DNA of 64,000 nucleotides from a virus. The stretch spans positions 1-64,000 of IMG/VR virus record IMGVR_UViG_3300025889_000085; one strand, written 5' to 3'. Positions 61,001-64,000 of the stretch are shown in pieces (positions within the stretch are counted from its first letter, which is position 1; each line of letters opens with the position of its first letter). A program made the position numbers and the translations under genes. Below the pieces are notes generated by a model. The model made no database searches. It saw nothing but the letters and a program-made list of their open reading frames with translations, and had not been told where the DNA came from.

Positions 61001-62432
61001 TGGAAAAGATTTTGGACTATTACAGACAGGTATAGACTATCCTGGAGTCGGCGTCGAAGGCCCATTATTTACTGATGCGGGCGGCTTCGATATTGGAAAC
61101 TTTGATTCGAGTGCTTTTGATGCTCTGCAAATTGATGCAGACGGTACTTATATTATAAGTGAAACCATACTAGATACTACGATTACAAGTGATTATACCG
61201 ACACTAGTTTAGGAACTAAACCAGAAGATATTCTAGTAGACGGTGGTCCTTACATCAGTGAACAAGTTTTAGAATGGCAGGCCAATACTTATTATCCCCG
61301 AGGTACAGTAATTAAGAATGACGGTGCTTACTACATATCTAATGTAGGAATAACAACAGGTAGTTCTTTTAGTATAGACAACTTAATGTTATACCCATTA
61401 AATCCATACAGTGCATTTGGTTCTCATGCTCCAGAGGAATTAATACCTGGGCGTGTATTTGATACCTTAGACCTAACAGTATATACACTAGCAGTGGGCG
61501 GCACAACTTCCGGGTATCAAACCTGGGTTAATGCAACTGCTTACAGTGTGGCAAACATACAAGTTGTGGATGGTGGCCTGGGATATGACAGCAATGTCGC
61601 TAACATTTCAGTAATTGTAGAAGGTAGCGGCGGAGCAACAGCCACTGTGGGTAGTGTTGACGCTAATGGTGCAATTACTTCAATTTCCATTATAACTCCA
61701 GGATCAGTTTATAAGTCACAACCGAATGTGACAATTACCGGCGCAAATACTAGTCCGGCACGTGCATTTGCAAGACTAAGTCAAAGCGATTACACAACAT
61801 TTGAGTTTAGGATGTTTAAAGATATGAATGACAATTATTCATATTATCGTCTTGATTGTGATGCAACTGTAACGCTGACCAATGCCTTAACTATTACCAG
61901 TAATACAATAAGTGTAAGTGACAGTAGCAAACTAGCAAATCCTGTACCATACGGAGCAAATCCTGGCGTGATTATAGTTAACGGTGAACGCATAACTTAC
62001 TATCAAAAAGACGACAGTACAAATACTTTGAGCCAAATTCGCCGCGGAACATGGGGTACAGGAGCAAATGCCCATGCAAATGGCAGTGTTGTTACAGATA
62101 TTAGCATAAGAGAACAAATTCCCTATACTGAGCACAGTTTTGTCTCTAACCTGTCAGGTAATGTGTTAACTACAGCCGGAATTGGATACGAATTAATTCC
62201 AAGTATCACATACATGCAAAGTACGCTTATATATGCTCGCGGCCAAGGCCCAGAAGACATTGCTACAGAAGACCCATTTAGCGGCAATACTCCTGCGAAC
62301 TTACTGATAACAGAAGTAAGTGAAGACGTTATAACAACTTCAGGCGGCGGCGCTCCAACAGCAACCAGTGAACAGGGTATGTACGTGGGACGTAATGCAC
62401 AGACTGTGTTCATCCTGGAAGGCGCATGCTAA
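49011..62432 (+). CDS. Giant multidomain baseplate/virion protein (4473 aa; gp7-like position)
   Basis: Follows gp6; YHYH-like domain, about seven FG-GAP-like repeats, three CBM5/12-like motifs, YIEEVKPYHTK motif and GSGY...P.VTI repeats. Confidence 0.7.
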   Translation: MAITKTLPFLPSVFQTETNDKFLSTTLDQLVTEPNLVPINGYVGRKFTPGWSGIESYVREPSGVRADYQLEPTTVVKNAADADSVEFYNTYPELLQKIQELGGNVADQDRLFTSQFYTYDPKIDYDKFVNYSQYYWLPAGPDSVTVSATNIATSRTYYVYPEDNINVYRFSSESNVGNPDIIVVREGTYQFVVNQPGKKFYIQTEPGLSGRQTNNNNLSSREIEGVTNNGDDVGTITFNVPISTAQDNFLNATNVADVGFVTNLKYSQIDQQLLSTVAALGGIDGVTANTLLDGQSLVFGTYYSDSADWDSGSGPVSAGLRYGVWDITLTPSGGDYLISLSSGTAIPTGNKVTILSGLNYGNTEWYKNTSGYLSQVPVITAPFDTLYYQDSEDAEQYGRIQILSAVTKTIDVNTDIIGRKNYISPNKITFTNGLKIKFDNTVTPEVYRNNEYYVEGVGDSITLTPVEWLSVFYSSSQENFSPVVRFVGTTTYANLNQSRTQLSIESNVDPYTANISTDYASSGENRNNIFSSNLSFQFPYRGGFNTVGDNADNLFRTGTIGMSLVGIPFYGPTNEAYIEGKNATSWHYNSPYVKINGQDTYGGYPDSNGIYHYNDSTFITANAWGNVAGLGSNLYVETDGHSTLLGYAIDGYPIYGPYGYSNPMDKDSGAVLMVSSYQADDGASYRPLSKLVTVTANNTSGSNITLNSTFELEPGMRLTFSSNASITTPDEYWIVAAGQQSSVGLPNNNLGLNQIQLNKDLIIYANTDIQFGFPSGSFIEDYTYQEGLGSLDRFNGRYCVTPDYPNGTYAYFSTQDTTGVPTYPYFVGQNFYGSLDISDINQLTEPDYITIDRSSRDQNPWSRRNRWFHKEVLAQTASYNGTSLISLDTYQRAQRPIVEFIPNLQLTNFGNLALIPVDIFDTTITQPFSAVEGVTGIFLDGVRIVDGMRIIFANDIDPLTRNRIYVVRYVDQDGIPSTAPILTLKLIVAYDGIPDPGETVSVLNGVSNGGKSYWFNGGQWVEGQVKTGLNVAPLFDIFDEDGNSFTDRDIYPSVNTATTFDGTKLFSYREGTGTDDSVLGFPLSYRSLNNQGDIEFVNNFDVDTFGYTTDGVTEVIKNISLGYIHRNNVDGTTTKLTCWNTVVENTKQYQIFSYEFDGINNDFSFDIAPSQNTAIPNLQVLVNFKNLQQTQYQVEVRPNNQRSISINNNLLKSGDKIDIKVYSTQVSSLGYFQVPDNLNFNVQNEVVSYPTLGQIRNHVGKLVRSSTQFIGGYPGTSNLQDLNLTAYPGEILQQSSPISYASMFLVDKDFNFVNSIYNAQQEYTRFKNKFLSIATSTNQIDYNDPVSGVNYILKEINKVKNDTFPWFYSDMVPYGDNVNVISYTVFDQLQTNYEITTTFSLSTLSNQAILVYLNGVQLLNGYDYTFLASGPGIALSSNLSRSVGDTLKIYEYRNTDGNYIPETPTKLGLYPKFKPELVADSTYRTPIYVIVGHDGSRTPAFNDFRDTYLLELEKRIYNNIKQEYNEDQLSIYNSMPGKFRTNDYSLTTYNRIISRSFLYWAGQNKVDYSTNTTYNSEDPFTWNYRTAKDSDGVFLPGSWRACYEYFYDTVRPHTNPWEMLGFSERPDWWVSTYGPAPYTSGNTILWTDLKNGYIAGGSRQGYDTTFARSTLLSIIPVDAQGNLRSPIEILTNNYDISNMDENWSVGNWGPGEYAWRTSSDWPYAQQIVMALTKPAQYFALGIQKNKYVYSSVINQYTVTDTNYRLTPSDVDINGDQDADGSIIRSAGYLNWINDYQVSNGVLTKTKLNRYLHDYKINLAYRMASFSDKKLLKVLADQNSPSSVNSSVIIPDEDYELILGKSTPLSKIKYSAVVIKKVATGFEINGYDRSNPVFNIVAPNIDNESDVITVLDRQVQYFTKFRNYRLTIPYGTVLTTIQDVANFIAGYERFLLLQGFSFDYFDEDLGQIRNWQLSTKEFIFWTQQGWPVNSVIVLSPFAERAKIRTRNAFVEAIENSYYGTKVMDQNFRILDNDTYTVRRDPQQFYLEIDDINNNNSRLIGYIECNLIQIENVLIFNNTTQFNDIIYNPQSGERQYKLKLIGQKTGEWTGSLYAPGYIYNEPGVPEWRQNKDYLKGDLVEYKTFYYAAKENVPGSVEFNFTDWNPVDKDAIKTGLLKNFSFNAGQFTDFYDTNKVNIESEDDQLGFGLIGFRSRSYLSNFGVNDASQVKLYQGYIKQKGTRNAINSLAQVSQDPYTPTVGVDVNEQWAFRVGSYGALETNQEVEIVLDESYFLSNPTSLTVNPNNSITYSSIYTRPDDLYRTTTIPFSSPFLLTRTDNTPRTDDILTAGFPNIEDVDYTLFNLNDLSTLNANINQIGSGTTIWAAVDFNKDWNVYYVTSIHASVIEIGNALNGRVSCLTSGFHNLSKNDVIVLQNAEQFSGFYKVLEVNGLNSFTIETDLDLNGFSGASVDAPAYKLQSLRYDYATQINSWTPIDGWAVNSKIWINKNTIDSEWGVYNKTEPWSANVSLPQSQYFTNGLFGSSLKISTDNNFVIVGQPGYNGNIGSAVNYKKSGSGSLSLDRTITGSSSNLRSFGFSLESQNNVVAVGAPDSGTNGEGYTYIYTRDFTGALALNQILSASNVDTRKFGYSVAMSSDYQWLYVGAPDTDQVIVYGWDSSVEEEVDTLTGDGSTSFTLTFDPAGTELVTVSNTTTEFVPYRDFTVSTFGITFTANTSVDTYVVRQLGPGYREITTISGTANTSFGFSVATSTEGAQVVVGAPTSNVTVGNTSLQSAGTISVYDRSIEKFVAISGQTDFGGVRNPVSITKVYIGSELQVNGIDYIFSGAICQFVVAPGAGKIITIETDEFNQVEETAADSPLAENQFGYSVDLCSYNCSIYAGAPYYSSNEAAGKFQTGAVYRLLNQGRIYGNITGEVQNPTVTSADSIRLNDYEVIFTGSSLTQVVSDINNKQVPGVTASNANGYLSIVSSGTISTDKLRVLPGTGSALTDLGLDVFPQTEIILNPTNFAFDQFGQRVLIDNTSERLAIGSTEAITIADTTFDLATFETIFDANGTRFKDEVDSGAVWIFNLLSDSRENIDNPSQFAYVQQLKPSNITSPDFNITEGMKFGSAFDLQNQKIYVGAKNESTFETNAGAVALFVNPDNLYGWDLYRYEEAKIDTTALIKSYTYSAENQLIIDNLDFIDPVKGKILGVAEQDITYKVDYDPAVYNNGTLDTVSIDPEFYWTDKRVGQVWWDLSTVRFLDYEQGSVLYRTTNWGRVFPGSSIDVYEWVESDYPPSRYVETGGDGEPKYPDNSAYTTISYVDPQSNTTLVRYYYWVKNKTNVTANLFGRTIPTTSIAGYISDPKSSLIPYYAAIRPDSVSLYNVQNKTVGRDTIFHLSYKTADNTAIIHSEYALVSETGGNENLIPNSIYNKLVDSLAGLDKFGNPVPDPALGVQERYGIDIRPRQSMYIERESAVKTFVTFVNSVFAKYLMSEGYNLSLLNGSVLTAGGNGETIPDSNSGAYNLTVDTYDELTYINIIIQPVGYKVLVLNDRTVSNLWTIYTKQSDNTWLLTDVQSYRTSDYWQYIDWYAPGFTAKTVPNYTINTFADLSTLTQLRSKDIVKVLNNGQNQWVLLQIFPNVVTTVGVENGTIKFLDSLWDLPNNAMSYDNDLFDGARYDQNPSLEIRQLIQAVKQDLFVNELGPDFLELFFALIYKALQEQKSLDWVFKTSLVDIVQKIDGLNQPQIYFKDDTDFYLDYIEEVKPYHTKVREFIVDYQGNDNWTGYTTDFDVPSYYDPVFQQYRSPTSDYAQDINARNNLLQYKDWRDNYQYYIEEITVANGGSGYTSTPNVTVTGSNIGNDAVARALITNGAVTRIEVLYPGSNYVLQPNITISGGSGSGATAYAIVKNDVTRKLKTTLAYDRITYGSEVLVWTANTSYSAGNIITYSNVAYQATTSFTSGSTFSGTNLELYDGNRFRTANDRIQSYYVAETGQPGKDFGLLQTGIDYPGVGVEGPLFTDAGGFDIGNFDSSAFDALQIDADGTYIISETILDTTITSDYTDTSLGTKPEDILVDGGPYISEQVLEWQANTYYPRGTVIKNDGAYYISNVGITTGSSFSIDNLMLYPLNPYSAFGSHAPEELIPGRVFDTLDLTVYTLAVGGTTSGYQTWVNATAYSVANIQVVDGGLGYDSNVANISVIVEGSGGATATVGSVDANGAITSISIITPGSVYKSQPNVTITGANTSPARAFARLSQSDYTTFEFRMFKDMNDNYSYYRLDCDATVTLTNALTITSNTISVSDSSKLANPVPYGANPGVIIVNGERITYYQKDDSTNTLSQIRRGTWGTGANAHANGSVVTDISIREQIPYTEHSFVSNLSGNVLTTAGIGYELIPSITYMQSTLIYARGQGPEDIATEDPFSGNTPANLLITEVSEDVITTSGGGAPTATSEQGMYVGRNAQTVFILEGAC

Positions 62433-62439
62433 AAAACAC

Positions 62440-62447
62440 TATAAATA
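62440..62447 (+). promoter_or_regulatory. T4-type late promoter TATAAATA (one of at least 13 intergenic TAAATA boxes)
   Basis: Exact match to the T4 late consensus, 18 nt upstream of ATG 62466. Confidence 0.8.
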
Positions 62448-62465
62448 TATGAACGGTATACAAAA

Positions 62466-64000
62466 ATGGCAGTAAAAATTTCAGAATTACCTAGTTTAGG
62501 ATCAGCAAGTTTAAACACGTATGAAAGCGTAGTTCCTGTTGTAGCGAATACAGGGTCAGAAAATGTCACCTATAACACTACAATGGCCAATGTTAAAATT
62601 TTTGTTGAACAAGGCGATTTTGACGCAACTGGCAACATCAGTTTCCTTAATGGTAATATCATCGACGGAGCATTGACGCTAACTGGGGGTATAACTTCTG
62701 GAGGAGATATATCTGCCGGTAATGCTTCGCTTACCTCTGTTACCACTACAGGAGCAAGCCAAATTGGCTCCAACTTAGTTGTTCTTGGAAACCTAGTAGT
62801 TTCGGGCAACGTAGATTATGTGGGTGTAAACAATGTTATTACCAGCGATAACATCTTAGAGTTACACGTTGCCAATACTGCCAACATCAGTGAGCCTTGG
62901 ACTTTTGATGATGGCAAGGACATCGGCATTCGCTTTCACTGGTATAGCTCACAGAATGAAAACGCTGCACTAGTTTTTAGTCATGACGAACGTTATTTAG
63001 AATGGTATGACAGCGGTTCACTTGGTACAGATACTTTTACTGGTAACAGTTATGGTACATTTAAAGCAGGCGGTATTATCTTAGCTAACGTTACTCCTAC
63101 AACCGGTAACGGAACAGGCACACTACAAAGCCATGGAGGTGCTTCTGTTACAGGTAACCTGTGGGTAGGTGGTTGGGGAAATATTGTTGGAAGAATTGAT
63201 ACTCAAGGTAATATCACTACAACTGGAAATATAAATGCATCCAGCGGTGATCTTAGACTGAACGGCGCAAATGTTATTAGTGGCGCTGCAACATTTACTG
63301 GAAATATCGATACTACAGGCAACCTAACATTCTTTAATGGTAATATTGTAAACGGTAAAATGATTCTTACAAATATTACAGGCGGCGTTTACACAACAGG
63401 AAATATCTTTACAGATGCTAGAATGTCAACTGGCAATCTGGGAGTAAATTCGTATATTACCGTTGGAACAACAGCAGTGGTAGGTGCTAATGCAACTGTA
63501 AATCAACTTACAGTAAATAGCACAGCAACCGTTGGTAGTACGCTAGGAGTAACTGGCAATATCAGAACTGGTGCTGGTGCTACTGTTGTTGGTAGTGCAA
63601 CAGTTGGTACTACTTTCTATGTTGGCGGTGCAGCGTTATTTAATTCAACAATACAAGGCGCCAGCATACAAAACACTCCAATTGGAACAGTAACTCACGC
63701 ATCCGGTAAGTTTACTACTTTAACAACTACAAGTGATAACCTACTAGGGGGTGACTTACAGGTTACTGGTAATATAACACCGACTGCAAATGCAACTTAC
63801 GATATAGGAAATGTTACTTACAGATGGGCTAATATTTGGGCATCAGGAACTGTAACTGCCAATGCAACATATGCATTATACGCTGACTTGGCTGAGATGT
63901 ATGTACCGGATCAATATTACGATCCAGGTACAGTAGTTGTGTTTGGTGGCGAGCAAGAAATTACAGTTACTGACCAGCAAGGTGATACTAGAGTTGCAGG
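62466..64000 (+). CDS. Tail fibre-like protein with C-terminal chaperone-like domain, truncated by the right edge; not in the ORF track
   Basis: Manual translation MAVKISELPSLG...DDGKDIGIRFHWY...YADLAEMYVPDQYYDPGTVVVFGGEQEITVT..., start and end in the same frame; shares modules with 10459-21591 and 3910-4455. Confidence 0.85.
   Translation, partial: MAVKISELPSLGSASLNTYESVVPVVANTGSENVTYNTTMANVKIFVEQGDFDATGNISFLNGNIIDGALTLTGGITSGGDISAGNASLTSVTTTGASQIGSNLVVLGNLVVSGNVDYVGVNNVITSDNILELHVANTANISEPWTFDDGKDIGIRFHWYSSQNENAALVFSHDERYLEWYDSGSLGTDTFTGNSYGTFKAGGIILANVTPTTGNGTGTLQSHGGASVTGNLWVGGWGNIVGRIDTQGNITTTGNINASSGDLRLNGANVISGAATFTGNIDTTGNLTFFNGNIVNGKMILTNITGGVYTTGNIFTDARMSTGNLGVNSYITVGTTAVVGANATVNQLTVNSTATVGSTLGVTGNIRTGAGATVVGSATVGTTFYVGGAALFNSTIQGASIQNTPIGTVTHASGKFTTLTTTSDNLLGGDLQVTGNITPTANATYDIGNVTYRWANIWASGTVTANATYALYADLAEMYVPDQYYDPGTVVVFGGEQEITVTDQQGDTRVA

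Noticed and set aside
1-64000. Stop-codon reassignment, or introns/inteins in core genes
   Set aside because: Genes tile densely in the standard code with TAA, TAG and TGA all used as stops; portal, capsid, gp46 and gp47 look uninterrupted and of ordinary length

Overview
This is a 64-kb segment of a large T4-like (myovirus-type) dsDNA phage genome in the standard genetic code, covering most of the virion morphogenesis region. It holds neck and tail-terminator genes, a NUDIX hydrolase, a cluster of very large repetitive fibre genes, the head module (major capsid, scaffold, protease, portal), a tape-measure candidate with its chaperone pair, gp46/gp47 recombination genes, a gp55-like late sigma factor and the baseplate module up to a 4473-aa wedge protein. 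Product calls come from motif recognition and synteny by eye, not database searches. Main observations: (1) an ORF-free, densely base-paired ~400-nt element with a long-range pseudoknot starting at the stop codon of a stand-alone GIY-YIG nuclease gene, a candidate nuclease + ncRNA system; (2) the late sigma factor gene apparently initiating at ATT; (3) a T-TTT-TTC -1 slippery site that would fuse the gp26-like and gp51-like ORFs; (4) several apparently leaderless transcripts within a TAAATA late regulon; (5) a YihV-like sugar kinase with its own promoter and terminator beside the capsid gene.
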